Counted from the stretch's first letter, positions 19,191-29,374 are shown. The stretch: DNA of 33,181 nt from a bacterium (GCA_044869275.1 JBIOXB010000077.1:1-33181), one strand, 5' to 3'. The notes: generated from the letters alone by a model not told the origin. Made by a program: numbers and translations.

Positions 19191-19460
19191 TCACCGGCGC
19201 AAGCCGAGCTCGGTAATGATGTTGCGATAGCTGGCAATGTCTTTACGCGAGAGATAATTCAACAAGCGGCGGCGCTGTCCGACCATCTTGAGCAAGCCCA
19301 TGCGCGAATGATGATCTTTGGGATTGTTGCTGAAATGATCCGTCAGGCTATTGATCTGCGCCGTGAGCAGCGCGATCTGTGTTTCCGTCTTGCCGCTGTT
19401 TTTGGCGTCGCCGCCGTGTTTCACGACGATTTCGGCGGTTTGCGTTTTGGTTAAAGCCAT
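19191..19460 (-). CDS. rpsO: 30S ribosomal protein S15
   Basis: [37 protein letters not shown]. Confidence 0.98.
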   Translation of the reverse strand: MALTKTQTAEIVVKHGGDAKNSGKTETQIALLTAQINSLTDHFSNNPKDHHSRMGLLKMVGQRRRLLNYLSRKDIASYRNIITELGLRR

Positions 19461-19506
19461 GAAAAGAACCTCCGTTGGGGTTTATTTTTGAACAACTTTT
19501 TCATCT

Positions 19507-19537
19507 AAAAAACTGCTGAAGCGTCGGGATTTCAGCA
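19507..19537 (-). promoter_or_regulatory. Hairpin plus U-tract between ribF and rpsO (terminator or part of the rpsO leader)
   Basis: Minus strand tgctgaa-atcccgacgc-ttcagca-gtttttt. Confidence 0.4.
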
Positions 19538-19590
19538 TGGACATCATTGAGGGTGTGCGGCCAGCTCAGCAGAGCGCCGCAGGCTACGCG

Positions 19591-20535
19591 TCATCCCGCA
19601 GCCGAAAGAACTTTCTGGCTCGTCGCCTTGTCTTGCAGTAACTGTGCTTTCAGACTGTCTATCGAACCGAATTTCTTTTCCTCCCTCAGGCGTGCGATAA
19701 ATCTCACTTCACAGACTTCATCATAAGCCTGCCGCGTGAAATCGAACAGGTGGACCTCGAGCGCGCGCATCGCACCGTCGAAAGTCGGCCGCGTGCCGAT
19801 GTTCATCATGCCGCCGTACTCACCGTCGCGCAAGCTCGCTCGCACGGCATAAACTCCGTTTGCCGGAATCAATTTGTGCGCGTGCAACGGCGCCAGATTC
19901 AACGTCGGAAAACCCAGCGTGCGGCCGCGCTCCTCCCCGCGCACGACTCTGCCTGATAATTGATAAGCATGCCCCAGCCAGGCATTCGCTTGTTCCAATT
20001 CACCGCGCAACAGGGCCTGGCGAATCTGTGTGCTGCTCATCGCTACACCGTCAATCTCCAAGGGCGGGAGCTCATGCACGGTGAATCCCAGTTCTTTCCC
20101 CAGCCGCAACAAGGTTGCGACATCACCTTCGCGATTCTTGCCGAAGCCGTGATCGTGGCCGATGACGATGGCGCGCATGCCGAGCCGGCGATGCAAAACC
20201 TCTCGTACGAAAACCTCTGAAGGTGTTTGCGCAAATGCCGGCGTAAAAGGAATCACCACGAGGCGATCGATTCCGGCCGTTTGCAACAGCGCTATTTTTT
20301 CTTCCGTCGTGGTGAGAATTTGGATCTCAGGCAAACCGCTTTTTTTTAGAACGATTTGCGGATGCGGCTCGAAGGTGACCACCGTCGTGCTGCCGCGAGG
20401 TTTCTCCGCGGTGCGCCGCATTTCTTCTAAAATCGCGCGATGGCCGCGATGCAAACCGTCGAAGGAACCGACGGTGAGCACGCTCGCAGGATCGTGGTGC
20501 ACCTCTTGCAGGCCAAAAAAAACGTGGGCGGGCAT
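19591..20535 (-). CDS. ribF: Bifunctional riboflavin kinase/FAD synthetase
   Basis: GSFDGLHRGH, TFEPHP, SSTQIR, GRTLGFPTLN, NIGTRPTF, LEVHLFDF. Confidence 0.97.
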   Translation of the reverse strand: MPAHVFFGLQEVHHDPASVLTVGSFDGLHRGHRAILEEMRRTAEKPRGSTTVVTFEPHPQIVLKKSGLPEIQILTTTEEKIALLQTAGIDRLVVIPFTPAFAQTPSEVFVREVLHRRLGMRAIVIGHDHGFGKNREGDVATLLRLGKELGFTVHELPPLEIDGVAMSSTQIRQALLRGELEQANAWLGHAYQLSGRVVRGEERGRTLGFPTLNLAPLHAHKLIPANGVYAVRASLRDGEYGGMMNIGTRPTFDGAMRALEVHLFDFTRQAYDEVCEVRFIARLREEKKFGSIDSLKAQLLQDKATSQKVLSAAG

Positions 20536-20537
20536 GG

Positions 20538-21311
20538 TCAGTCCATCAGCCTTTCCACGAATTGCGGCACGGTCAAGCTGTCGGCGAGGTGGTAACCGCC
20601 AATGCGCGTGCGGCGCAACGACTTCAAATAAGCACCACAGCCCAAGTCTTTGCCGAGATCGCGAGCCAGCGCGCGTACATACGTGCCCCGTGAACAGGTG
20701 AGCCGGATCGCGACTTCCGGCAATTGCACCGCGCCAATTTCCAAGTTGTAAATCGTCACCCGCCGGGGCTCGACTTCCACCTTTTCACCCTGGCGTGCGA
20801 GCTCGTACAAACGCTGGCCGCTCTTTTTTATTGCCGAAAACAAGGGCGGTGTTTGCATGATTTCACCGGTATATCGTCGCGCGTGCCGCTCCACATCTTC
20901 TTGGCGCAATGGCGGCACGGCGAAGGTTGCGGTGATCTTGCCGGTGGGATCGCAGGTATCCGTTTCTTTGCCCAACTCCAAAATGCCGGCGTATTCCTTG
21001 TCGAGCTGCATGAGCTCCTCCACTTTCTTGGTGGCGGGGCCGAAGCAAACCAATAAGACACCGGTGGCAAAGGGATCGAGCGTGCCCGCGTGGCCGACTT
21101 TTTTCACACGGCTGGCGTAGCGCAATTTGTTGACCACGTCGAAGGAAGTCCAGCCCTCCGGCTTGTCAAGGTTGCAAACCATGCCTTCGGCCAGACGCGC
21201 GCGTGAAATCTGCGATAACAGGTTCAAATCATAACTGCCAGCAAGATGTGCTTTTTCATCATGAGTGGGCGCCAAAAGTTGGCATGGAAACTCCTTTGGA
21301 GGACCAGCCAC
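20538..21311 (-). CDS. truB: tRNA pseudouridine(55) synthase (start uncertain; may lie further downstream)
   Basis: DKPEGWTSFD, KVGHAGTLDPFATGVL, CSRGTYVRALARDLG. Confidence 0.95.
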   Translation of the reverse strand: MAGPPKEFPCQLLAPTHDEKAHLAGSYDLNLLSQISRARLAEGMVCNLDKPEGWTSFDVVNKLRYASRVKKVGHAGTLDPFATGVLLVCFGPATKKVEELMQLDKEYAGILELGKETDTCDPTGKITATFAVPPLRQEDVERHARRYTGEIMQTPPLFSAIKKSGQRLYELARQGEKVEVEPRRVTIYNLEIGAVQLPEVAIRLTCSRGTYVRALARDLGKDLGCGAYLKSLRRTRIGGYHLADSLTVPQFVERLMD

Positions 21312-21337
21312 CTCACGGCGCGCACGCGCTCATATTT

Positions 21338-21700
21338 TCAATCGGATTCTGCCGCATCCGGCGGGCGGACTTGCTTCAGCAAAGTATTGATGCGATTGGC
21401 GTAATCCACGGAATCGTCATAGATGAATTGCAGCGCCGGCGCGAACTTCAGCTCCATGCGCTTGCCGATTTCGTTGCGAATGAACCCACTGGCGCGGCGC
21501 AAGCCGGCGAGGGTGTGCTGGCGCTCGGCCGCGCTGGCGAGCGAGCTGAAATAAACTTTGGCGTTGCGCAAGTCGTCGGTCAGACTGACACGGGAGATGG
21601 TGATCCGCCCCACGGACGGGTCCTTCAATTGCGTGGCAAGAATCTCGCTGAGGACTTCACGCAGCAACGAGGCGACTCGGGTTGCGCGTTTGACTGGCAT
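21338..21700 (-). CDS. rbfA: Ribosome-binding factor A
   Basis: KDP..ITISRV..DLRNAKVY, ASGFIR, P.LQFIYD; ATG 21700 follows AAGGA. Confidence 0.95.
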   Translation of the reverse strand: MPVKRATRVASLLREVLSEILATQLKDPSVGRITISRVSLTDDLRNAKVYFSSLASAAERQHTLAGLRRASGFIRNEIGKRMELKFAPALQFIYDDSVDYANRINTLLKQVRPPDAAESD

Positions 21701-21732
21701 GTTATCCTTCAAGACCGCTGGCAGAATCCCAT

Positions 21733-22014
21733 TCAATAAACATCGACTTGGTGTTTGAGCACTTCCAACCGATCTTCCTGATACAGCAGCTCCAGGATCT
21801 TATTGAAGACTTGATCGACCATCTTGTGCTCGTTGGTGACCAGGGCCAGCCCCAGCAGCGCACGCTGCCACAAATCATTGTGCGCGACCTCGGCCACCGA
21901 CACGTTGAATTTATTCTGAATTTTCGCTTTCACGCTGTTGAGCACAAGGCGCTTGTCCTTGAGGGAAGCGCTGTCCGGCAGCATGATTTCAATCTGGCAA
22001 ACGCCGACGAACAT
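21733..22014 (-). CDS. DUF503 (YlxP-like) protein
   Basis: SLKDKR, KFNVSVAEV..DLWQRA; conserved position between infB and rbfA. Confidence 0.9.
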   Translation of the reverse strand: MFVGVCQIEIMLPDSASLKDKRLVLNSVKAKIQNKFNVSVAEVAHNDLWQRALLGLALVTNEHKMVDQVFNKILELLYQEDRLEVLKHQVDVY

Positions 22015-22074
22015 GATCTCAAAATTCAAATTCCAAAATCCGAATCTCAAAGAGCGAACGAGCGTAGGAGACCA

Positions 22075-24837
22075 TTACGTCGCCGCCAGCAGCGTGCGCT
22101 TGGTTTTGATCACTTGAAACGACTCGATCACATCGCCGACATGCAGGTCATCGTAGCCGGCGAGGGCCAAACCGCACTCGAAGCCGGAAGCAACTTCGCG
22201 CACGTCATCTTTGAAACGCTTCAGCGAAGCGATCTTGCCTTCGTGCACCAGCTTGTCATTGCGATACAAGCGGATATTGTCATTGCGATTCACCTTGCCG
22301 GATTGCACGTAGCAGCCTGCGATGGTTCCCACTTTCGGAATCTTGAAAGTCTCGCGCACGGCCGTTGATCCGGTGATCTGTTCCGTGATCTCCGGCTCGA
22401 GCATGCCTTCCAGCGCTGCTTTAACATCATTGACCGCGTCGTAAATGATTTTATAGATGCGAATATCGACGCTCTCGCGCTCGGCCACTTCGCGCGCCTG
22501 TTGCGTGGCGCGAACGTGGAAGCCGAAAATAACCGCGTCGGAAGCCGCCGCCAGCAGCACATCGGATTCCGAAATGCCGCCCACGCCCTTATGAATGACT
22601 CTAACCGCGACTTCGCTGGTGGACAGCTTGAGCAGCGAATCGCCCAGCGCTTCCATGGAGCCGTCGAAGTCGGCTTTGACGATGACGCGCAGCTCTTTGA
22701 CTTCGCCTTCTTTGACCTTTTGCGACAATTGATCGAGCGTGATGTGCCGGGTTTTATAGAAACCTTGCGCGCGCCGCAGTTGCTGGCGTTTGAGGCCGAT
22801 TTCTTTGGCCTCCTGCTCCGAAGCCATGACGCCCAAGGTATCGCCGGCACTGGGCACGCCGGAAAAACCGACGACCCGCACGGGACGCGAAGGCGGCGCT
22901 TCATGCACACGGCGGCCATACTCGTCGTACATCGCGCGAACCTTGCCCCAAACTTGCCCGGCTAAGAAGGGCTCGCCCACATGCAAGGTTCCCGCCTGCA
23001 CCAAAACCGTGGCCACCGGACCCTTACCGCGATCCAGCTCCGCTTCGACCACCACGCCTTTGGCGCGGCGATTCGGGTTCGCTTTCAAGTCCAGCAAATC
23101 GGCCTCGAGCAAAACCAATTCCAGCAGTTGATCGATACCCTTGCCGGTTTTCGCGGAGATTTCTGCAGATTGGGTCTTGCCGCCCCAGCTTTCCACCAAA
23201 ACACTATGTTGCGCCAGTTGTTTTTTGATATTGTCGGGATTGGCTGAGGACTTGTCGATTTTGTTGATGGCGATCACCATCGGCACTCCCGCCGCACGCG
23301 CATGGCTGACCGCTTCCAAAGTCTGCTGCTGCACGCCGTCATCGGCCGCCACGACGAGAATGACGATATCGGTGGCCTGTGCGCCACGCGCTCGCATGGC
23401 CGTGAACGCCTCATGACCGGGCGTGTCCAGGAAAGTGATGATGCGATCCTTGAACGTGACCACGTAAGCGCCGATGTGCTGCGTGATGCCGCCGGATTCG
23501 CCTGCCGTGATGTTGCTCTTGCGCAAATAATCGAGCAGCGAAGTCTTGCCGTGATCGACGTGTCCCATAATGGTGACCACTGGCGGGCGAGGTTGCAGGG
23601 TCTCGGCCTCCTCGGCTTCTTTTTCCTCCTCGCTCTCCGCGCTGCTATATTCTTCGACGATTTCAGCGTCGTAGCCGAATTCGTCGGAGACGGTAACGAT
23701 GGTCTCGGAATCGAGGCGTTGATTGATCGAGACGATCATGCCTAGGCTCAGGCATTTGCGAATCACTTCACTGGGATCGACGTTCAAATATCTCGAAAGA
23801 TCGGCAGCAGAAATGAATTCGGGCACGCGAATCTTGTTTCCCTCATCCAGCACCTCGTCGCCGGCTTCGGTGCGGTCTTTGCGCCGGCGCGGGCGCGGCT
23901 TGCCCGGCCCTTCCATGACGGCAAGGGTCTGGCGAATGGATTCTTCAATTTCCTCTTCGCTGATCTTGCGCTTTTTGCGTTTTTTCTTCTTGGCGCCGGC
24001 GGCGCTGGTACGCTGCTTGTCCGAGAATTTCTCGACTGCAAACTCGCGGTATTTTTCCTTCTCCTTTACCGGAACTCCCGCTTCGGCTCCCTCTTCTCCC
24101 AAGATCAGATCGACCTCGCCCTTGGCCGGCTTCTTCTTTCGGCGGCGGCGCTTCTTGCGTTTTTTCGCGGCCTCGCTTTCGGCCGCTGCTTTTGCCGCGG
24201 GGGTCTCCGGTTTGGCGGGCTTTGCCGGTGCCTCATGCGCCACCGTTTCCCCGGCCGGGGCATTGGCCGGATGCAGATCTTCCTGCGGAATCAAGGAGAC
24301 GATCGCTTCCTGCAACGAAGGCACATGCCTGGATTCGACGGAGGCATCAGGAAACGTCCGTGCAGAAACTTCCAAAGGCTTGCCGTCAGCCGTCTCCGCT
24401 TTTTGCCTGCCGGGTTTCTTCGCGATCCCTTTCCTGGCCGGCTCAGCCTTGACCGGCTCCACCGTTCTCGTGGTCCTGGCAGTGCGGGGAGGTTTTTCAG
24501 CCACTCCTTCCTTTTTGCGTGAAGCGGCGCCCTGCACTCGATCTTCCATGATCTGGGTCGCAACGCGTATGCGCTCCTCATACTGCTGGCGGGCGCGCTC
24601 GCGTCCTTTTTCTTCTTCGAGCTTCTTGTCGCGAATGTGTTTGCGGAATTCATAGTCCGCGTCCTTGGCCACCGGCGCCTTGTAGAACTTTTTCATCACC
24701 TGCTCATACAGGTTTTCCGGCAGCGCCGTCATCGGGCTATGCACTTCGAAATCGAGCTCAGCCAAAAAGCTCTTGAGCGCTTCATTCGAAACGTTAAACT
24801 CTTTCGCGACTTGATGTACTCTGCGTTTAGTGGACAA
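22075..24837 (-). CDS. infB: Translation initiation factor IF-2
   Basis: [20 protein letters not shown]; two IF2_N domains; TTG start. Confidence 0.98.
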   Translation of the reverse strand: MSTKRRVHQVAKEFNVSNEALKSFLAELDFEVHSPMTALPENLYEQVMKKFYKAPVAKDADYEFRKHIRDKKLEEEKGRERARQQYEERIRVATQIMEDRVQGAASRKKEGVAEKPPRTARTTRTVEPVKAEPARKGIAKKPGRQKAETADGKPLEVSARTFPDASVESRHVPSLQEAIVSLIPQEDLHPANAPAGETVAHEAPAKPAKPETPAAKAAAESEAAKKRKKRRRRKKKPAKGEVDLILGEEGAEAGVPVKEKEKYREFAVEKFSDKQRTSAAGAKKKKRKKRKISEEEIEESIRQTLAVMEGPGKPRPRRRKDRTEAGDEVLDEGNKIRVPEFISAADLSRYLNVDPSEVIRKCLSLGMIVSINQRLDSETIVTVSDEFGYDAEIVEEYSSAESEEEKEAEEAETLQPRPPVVTIMGHVDHGKTSLLDYLRKSNITAGESGGITQHIGAYVVTFKDRIITFLDTPGHEAFTAMRARGAQATDIVILVVAADDGVQQQTLEAVSHARAAGVPMVIAINKIDKSSANPDNIKKQLAQHSVLVESWGGKTQSAEISAKTGKGIDQLLELVLLEADLLDLKANPNRRAKGVVVEAELDRGKGPVATVLVQAGTLHVGEPFLAGQVWGKVRAMYDEYGRRVHEAPPSRPVRVVGFSGVPSAGDTLGVMASEQEAKEIGLKRQQLRRAQGFYKTRHITLDQLSQKVKEGEVKELRVIVKADFDGSMEALGDSLLKLSTSEVAVRVIHKGVGGISESDVLLAAASDAVIFGFHVRATQQAREVAERESVDIRIYKIIYDAVNDVKAALEGMLEPEITEQITGSTAVRETFKIPKVGTIAGCYVQSGKVNRNDNIRLYRNDKLVHEGKIASLKRFKDDVREVASGFECGLALAGYDDLHVGDVIESFQVIKTKRTLLAAT

Positions 24838-24946
24838 TCCAATACCCTGTCGAGTTAAAACCGTTCTTAACCCTCACAGCTAAAACCACTGGCCATTCAT
24901 AGATGCGAGGAAAAACTTGTGTGCGCATGAGCGAGCGTGTATGCGC

Positions 24947-26407
24947 TTAAGCTTGTGGTGTCGCTTCCTCCTCATCTATTTCAGTTGCGGTCGCGGCGCT
25001 TTCCTCCGGCGTTTCCGCAGCAGCCGAATCCTCCGGGGCTTGGGGCGCTTCCACCGGCGTTTCCGCAGCAGCCGATTCCTCCGGGGCTTGGGGCGCTTCC
25101 ACCAGCGCCGCTTCGGCGACAGGCGCCTCTTCGCCCTCTTCCGTTATTTCGGCCTGACCCGCTCCTCCCTGTTCGCGCGCTTGCACCAAGGCCCAAATCT
25201 TGACCGCCGTTTTTTCGCCGATGCCCTTCACCTGCGTCAAGCCTTCTTCGCCGATCTTGAGAATATCGCGCACGGTGTGAATATTGGCGTCCTGGAGCTT
25301 GCTCACCATCGACTGGCTCAAACCCTCGAGGTATTCCAAAGGCACTTCCTTGCCGCGCTCTTCTTCGATCATTTTGCGATATTCGGATTCCTTCATGATT
25401 TCGATTTCCACGCCGGTCAGGCGGCTGGTGAGCCGGCGATTTTGTCCGCCGCGGCCGATGGCCAGTGAAACCTGGTCATCCGGCAAGATCGCCATGGCGC
25501 GGTTGTTGGGATCATCCACCAGTACGCGAATTGGCTTAGAGGGGCTCAACGCACGCGTGATGAACACCTCGCGGTCGGAGCTCCAAGGAATCACATCGAC
25601 TTTCTCGTTGTTGAGTTCTTTGCTGATGGCCTGAATACGAATGCCCTTCATACCCACGCAAGCGCCCACGGCGTCGATGCGCTTGTCATTCGAAAGCACC
25701 GCGATTTTGGCGCGCTCGCCCGGCTGGCGCACCACGCCCTTGATTTCAATGATGCCGTCGTAAATTTCCGGCACTTCCAATTCGAACAAGCGCACGAGAA
25801 ACTGCGGATCGCTGCGCGAAATGATGATTTCGGGCCCGCGGCTGGTGCGGCGCACTTCCTTGATGATGCCGCGAATGTGGTCACCCCGGCGATAACGCTC
25901 GGAATCGATCTGCTCTTTCTTGGGCAGCATGGCTTCGGTGCGGTCCACGCTCAAGAAAATATCGCCCCGGCTGATCTGCCGCACGTCGCCCATGACGATT
26001 TCGCCGATGCGGTTTTCAAACTCGTCCGAGATCACGCGCTTCTCTTCATCTTTGATGCGCTGATTGAGATTCTGCTTGGCGGAAATAATCAACCGCCGGC
26101 CGAAAGTGGCCGGATCCAGAATCTCCAAAAACTCGTCGCCGGTCTCGAGGTCCGGTTCGGTTTTCTGCGCCGTGGCAACGTCGATCTCGCGCACGCTGTC
26201 GGTGACGTTATCGACGATCACGCGCGTTTGGTGTATTTCGATCTCGCCCTTGTCCAGATGCACATAGACATCAAAGTTGTCGGAGCTGCCGTATTTCTTT
26301 TTGATCATTCCCAGCACGGTGGAATGCACGATTTCCGACAATTGCTGCTTGTCGATATTCTTTTCTTTGACAATTTGGGCAAAGGCTTCTGCGATTTCAC
26401 TTTTCAT
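24947..26407 (-). CDS. nusA: Transcription termination/antitermination factor NusA
   Basis: LFELEVPEIYDG, DAVGACVGMKG, SLAIGRGGQN; HhH domain and acidic tail. Confidence 0.97.
   Translation of the reverse strand: MKSEIAEAFAQIVKEKNIDKQQLSEIVHSTVLGMIKKKYGSSDNFDVYVHLDKGEIEIHQTRVIVDNVTDSVREIDVATAQKTEPDLETGDEFLEILDPATFGRRLIISAKQNLNQRIKDEEKRVISDEFENRIGEIVMGDVRQISRGDIFLSVDRTEAMLPKKEQIDSERYRRGDHIRGIIKEVRRTSRGPEIIISRSDPQFLVRLFELEVPEIYDGIIEIKGVVRQPGERAKIAVLSNDKRIDAVGACVGMKGIRIQAISKELNNEKVDVIPWSSDREVFITRALSPSKPIRVLVDDPNNRAMAILPDDQVSLAIGRGGQNRRLTSRLTGVEIEIMKESEYRKMIEEERGKEVPLEYLEGLSQSMVSKLQDANIHTVRDILKIGEEGLTQVKGIGEKTAVKIWALVQAREQGGAGQAEITEEGEEAPVAEAALVEAPQAPEESAAAETPVEAPQAPEDSAAAETPEESAATATEIDEEEATPQA
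25006..25103. repeat. 48-bp tandem duplication in the nusA acidic tail
   Basis: Copies at 25006-25053 and 25054-25101 differ at one base; encode VEAPQAPE(E/D)SAAAETP twice. Confidence 0.9.
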
Positions 26408-26428
26408 GATGACTTAAATTCCTGCTAA

Positions 26429-26881
26429 CTACCACCTGATTTTGATCCTGCCGAGCTCGATTTCGGCAAGGGGAATTTTGTGACTTTTCCCTGGTGAGGT
26501 AATTTCAATTTCCGTCTCGGTGACGGCTTGAATCGTTCCTTCAACCTCCACGATCGTCTCCGCCTGGCGATGGCGCAGCGCCACGTCGCGCCCCAGGTTG
26601 CGTTGAAAATCGCGCCGGCTGCGCAAGGGCCGGTCGATTCCCGGCGACGACACTTCCAGCCGGTATTTCCCTTCCAACGCGTTTTTGATTTCAAACTCAT
26701 CCGCCAGCGCACGGCTCAGCGCGGCGCAAGCGCCAATACTGATGCCGCCGTCGGTGTCGGCAATGACGCGCACAATCAAATTGTGCTTGCTGCCTTTCAA
26801 CTCCAAATCCACCAGCTCGACGTTGAATCTTTGCGCCACCGGCGCGACCAGGGCGAGCAACTCTTCGCGCAGCTTTTCCAT
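26429..26881 (-). CDS. rimP: Ribosome maturation factor RimP
   Basis: C..LSR, Y.LEVSSPGIDRPL; directly upstream of nusA. Confidence 0.93.
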   Translation of the reverse strand: MEKLREELLALVAPVAQRFNVELVDLELKGSKHNLIVRVIADTDGGISIGACAALSRALADEFEIKNALEGKYRLEVSSPGIDRPLRSRRDFQRNLGRDVALRHRQAETIVEVEGTIQAVTETEIEITSPGKSHKIPLAEIELGRIKIRW

Positions 26882-26916
26882 TTCTCTCGTTTCAAAGGCC
26901 AGGGCACCCCCCCACA

Positions 26917-26945
26917 ACAAAAAAGTGGGCTTTTTGACCCACTTT
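26917..26945 (-). promoter_or_regulatory. rimP leader terminator-like hairpin
   Basis: Minus strand aaagtggg-tcaaaaag-cccacttt followed by tttgttg, the GUGGG/CCCAC stem commonly seen upstream of rimP. Confidence 0.7.
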
Positions 26946-26960
26946 CTTGGACAACAACGA

Positions 26961-26989
26961 AATATAAATATCGGCCATCAAAATAGCAA
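26961..26989 (-). promoter_or_regulatory. Putative sigma70 promoter of the rimP operon
   Basis: TTGCTA-17 nt-TATATT. Confidence 0.55.
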
Positions 26990-27015
26990 GCGCTTTTTCC
27001 GACCTAACTGCTAGC

Positions 27016-27699
27016 TCAGGATTGCAATTCGGCCTGCATCAATTTGGCGTCTTCCGCGAATCTGGAATCAGGGTATTTTTCCAGCAGCGTGCCCAAAACG
27101 CGCCGGGCGGCGTCCAGGTTTTGAGCAGTGCGAAAGCAGCGGGCGGCGTGCATCAACAGCTCCGGCGCACGATAACTCTTGCCATAGTCGCGCGCCGCGT
27201 TCTCGTACAATTCCGCGGCCTTGGCATGATCGCCGCGCTCGTCATAGGTTGCGGCAATGCCGGCAGCGGCCGCCACGCTGAGAATGTCATCGTTATCGTA
27301 ATCATCCAAATAAGCGCGATAATATCGTTCTGCGGTGGCGTAATCCTTTTTCTGCATGAAGGCATTGGCCAGGTAAACGGTGCCCACTTCCGCGCTGGTG
27401 GTGCCACCGAATTTATTGGTCAGTTTTCCCAGGGAGTCAAGGGCTGCGTCGTAATTGCCGTTTTCAAACGCCTGTTTGCCAACCGCGAACAAGACGGAGG
27501 CTTGCTGTTCTTGCTGTTGCAGATGCCATTTATAGTAGTATCCGGCGCCGGCCAGCACCACCACCGCGGCAAGACCAAAAAGGAAATTCTTCGAGTTGTG
27601 TTCGACGTAATCCATGGTTTTAAACCACGCCGTGACGAGCTTGTCTTCCTTCATCTGCGTCTTTTCACGGCGGGTCAGGCGTTTTTGAGGTTTCAGCAT
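27016..27699 (-). CDS. Membrane-anchored tetratricopeptide repeat protein (YfgM/CpoB-like)
   Basis: MKEDKLV N-terminus, single TM helix, helical TPR pattern, EKYPDS end. Confidence 0.8.
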   Translation of the reverse strand: MLKPQKRLTRREKTQMKEDKLVTAWFKTMDYVEHNSKNFLFGLAAVVVLAGAGYYYKWHLQQQEQQASVLFAVGKQAFENGNYDAALDSLGKLTNKFGGTTSAEVGTVYLANAFMQKKDYATAERYYRAYLDDYDNDDILSVAAAAGIAATYDERGDHAKAAELYENAARDYGKSYRAPELLMHAARCFRTAQNLDAARRVLGTLLEKYPDSRFAEDAKLMQAELQS

Positions 27700-27871
27700 G
27701 CGCTTGTGTTCCTTGGGAGATATAGAAGTCCGGGTGCGTTTATTTCGTGCTGGCGATGCATTTCACGAGACGTTAACAAAGACGACAATCTTAAATATAT
27801 TCAATTCCAACTACTCGCGCAACAGTTTTATGTGTTATATAAAATTTAAGGAAGCATCTTAAATGCTGCAG

Positions 27872-27945
27872 TACCCCTAGCAGGAATCGAACCTGCGGCC
27901 AAAGGTTTAGGAAACCTCTGCTCTATCCATCTGAGCTATAGGGGC
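27872..27945 (-). tRNA. tRNA-Arg(CCT)
   Basis: Full cloverleaf: acceptor GCCCCTA/TAGGGGT, D arm GCTC/GAGC, anticodon arm GAGGT-TTCCTAA-ACCTT, T arm GCAGG-TTCGATT-CCTGC. 74 nt; CCA not encoded. Confidence 0.95.
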
Positions 27946-29019
27946 AGATCCAAATTTAACAACGACTTGCGAGGTGATACTTGCATCTGGTTCTCGCAAA
28001 ATTTCAGCAATATTGCAGCATTTTTTCAGGCATTCCATGCCCGCAAGCTTGTTCACAGCGATTTGCCGGTGATCCGGTGCCAGGTGACTGTAGCGCATCA
28101 CCATTTCGAGCGACTTCCAGCCGCCCAGCTCCATGATGGTGTAAGGATCAACGCCAAGCTTCATCAAGTGACTCGCAAACGTGTGCCTCATGGCGTGCGG
28201 TGACGCCGGTGCAATGTCGGCTCGTTTGCAGGTTCTCTTGAAAGCCTTGTTGATCTGTCGCACGGGCTGACCTTTGCTATCCGTGATGACATGTTCGCCG
28301 TTTCGGGCGATACTCTTCAGTGCGCCAACTACAACCGGATTCATTTTCACCTTGCGATACTCATCGGTTTTTGACTCTTCGATGGTGATATAGCAGTTGG
28401 TGAAATCAACTTGCGACCACTTCAGCGATAACAGTTCGCTGATTCGCATACCAGTGTTGATACCGACCAGAAAGATCGAGCGCATTTTTTCGCCGCATGC
28501 GGCAAGAAACTTCTCGATCTCATCCTCTGGAAACCAGCGGAAATTCTTCTTGGGCTCTTTGAAGAATTCCACGCCTTTGACAGGATTCGAGCCGGTATGT
28601 CCCCACTTGATCGCAAGATTGAACATCCGCTTGAGACAGGCGACTTCCCGATTCACCGTCGCGCCTTTGACCTCCTGTACCCGGCGCTTCTTGTACGCTT
28701 CGACGTCAAGACTTGTGATGTCGGCAATGTCCTTTTTGCCCATGAATGCTGAAAGATGGCCCGTAAGAACAACGTCCCGACCATAACTCCTCTTGTGAGA
28801 TTTTGACCACTCGAGAAATTCCTTTGCAAGCTCGTCAAGCGTCATCCGTTTGACGATTTTTAGTGCTACCTGATCCCGAAGCAGATCGGTCTTCTTAGTA
28901 TCCGCTATCTGCCTTGCAAGGGTCTTACTCTCGGTCTGGGTGCTTCCGCTGTATCTCCGGCCATGAACCGTGAAAGAATAATACCAGTAAGGGCTACCGT
29001 TTCTGAGATAGACTCCCAC
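27907..29019 (-). CDS. int: Tyrosine recombinase/integrase
   Basis: N-terminal arm-binding-like segment; TGMRISEL, ESKT, HAMRHTFAS, LGGW, RYSH. GTG 29019 follows AAGGAGG; stop lies in the tRNA anticodon loop. Confidence 0.93.
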   Translation of the reverse strand: MGVYLRNGSPYWYYSFTVHGRRYSGSTQTESKTLARQIADTKKTDLLRDQVALKIVKRMTLDELAKEFLEWSKSHKRSYGRDVVLTGHLSAFMGKKDIADITSLDVEAYKKRRVQEVKGATVNREVACLKRMFNLAIKWGHTGSNPVKGVEFFKEPKKNFRWFPEDEIEKFLAACGEKMRSIFLVGINTGMRISELLSLKWSQVDFTNCYITIEESKTDEYRKVKMNPVVVGALKSIARNGEHVITDSKGQPVRQINKAFKRTCKRADIAPASPHAMRHTFASHLMKLGVDPYTIMELGGWKSLEMVMRYSHLAPDHRQIAVNKLAGMECLKKCCNIAEILREPDASITSQVVVKFGSAPIAQMDRAEVS

Positions 29020-29045
29020 GGCAGCCTCCTTTCTGGAAACCAGGA

Positions 29046-29074
29046 AATATAGAAAATGAAAGTCGATGGTGCAA
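29046..29074 (-). promoter_or_regulatory. Putative integrase promoter
   Basis: TTGCAC-17 nt-TATATT upstream of the int RBS. Confidence 0.55.
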
Positions 29075-29081
29075 CACTTTT

Positions 29082-29291
29082 TCAGCTCACGCAATAGTTT
29101 CGATCATAGTGGCCGTCAACCCATGCATCGATGTCCTTTTTGTCAAACCGGATCATCTTCGCGCCGAATCGCTTGAATGGAATTTGTTTCTGCTCTACCA
29201 TTGCATAAACTGTGCTTAGCGGAAAACCGAGGTAGACGGACAACTGCTTTGCCGTGAGCAGCCTTGGTTCGATGTGGGTTTGTGGATTCAT
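29082..29291 (-). CDS. Excisionase-like helix-turn-helix protein (HTH_17)
   Basis: LLTAKQLSVYLG..STVY..IPF.RFG..IRFD..IDAW; directly upstream of int. Confidence 0.85.
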   Translation of the reverse strand: MNPQTHIEPRLLTAKQLSVYLGFPLSTVYAMVEQKQIPFKRFGAKMIRFDKKDIDAWVDGHYDRNYCVS

Positions 29292-29374
29292 GGGACATCA
29301 GAACCGACAAGTGTTGTTCCTCTAAAACAATTGTTGAATACGTTGAGGGCTGTTTGCCATCCGCTTTATCACCT

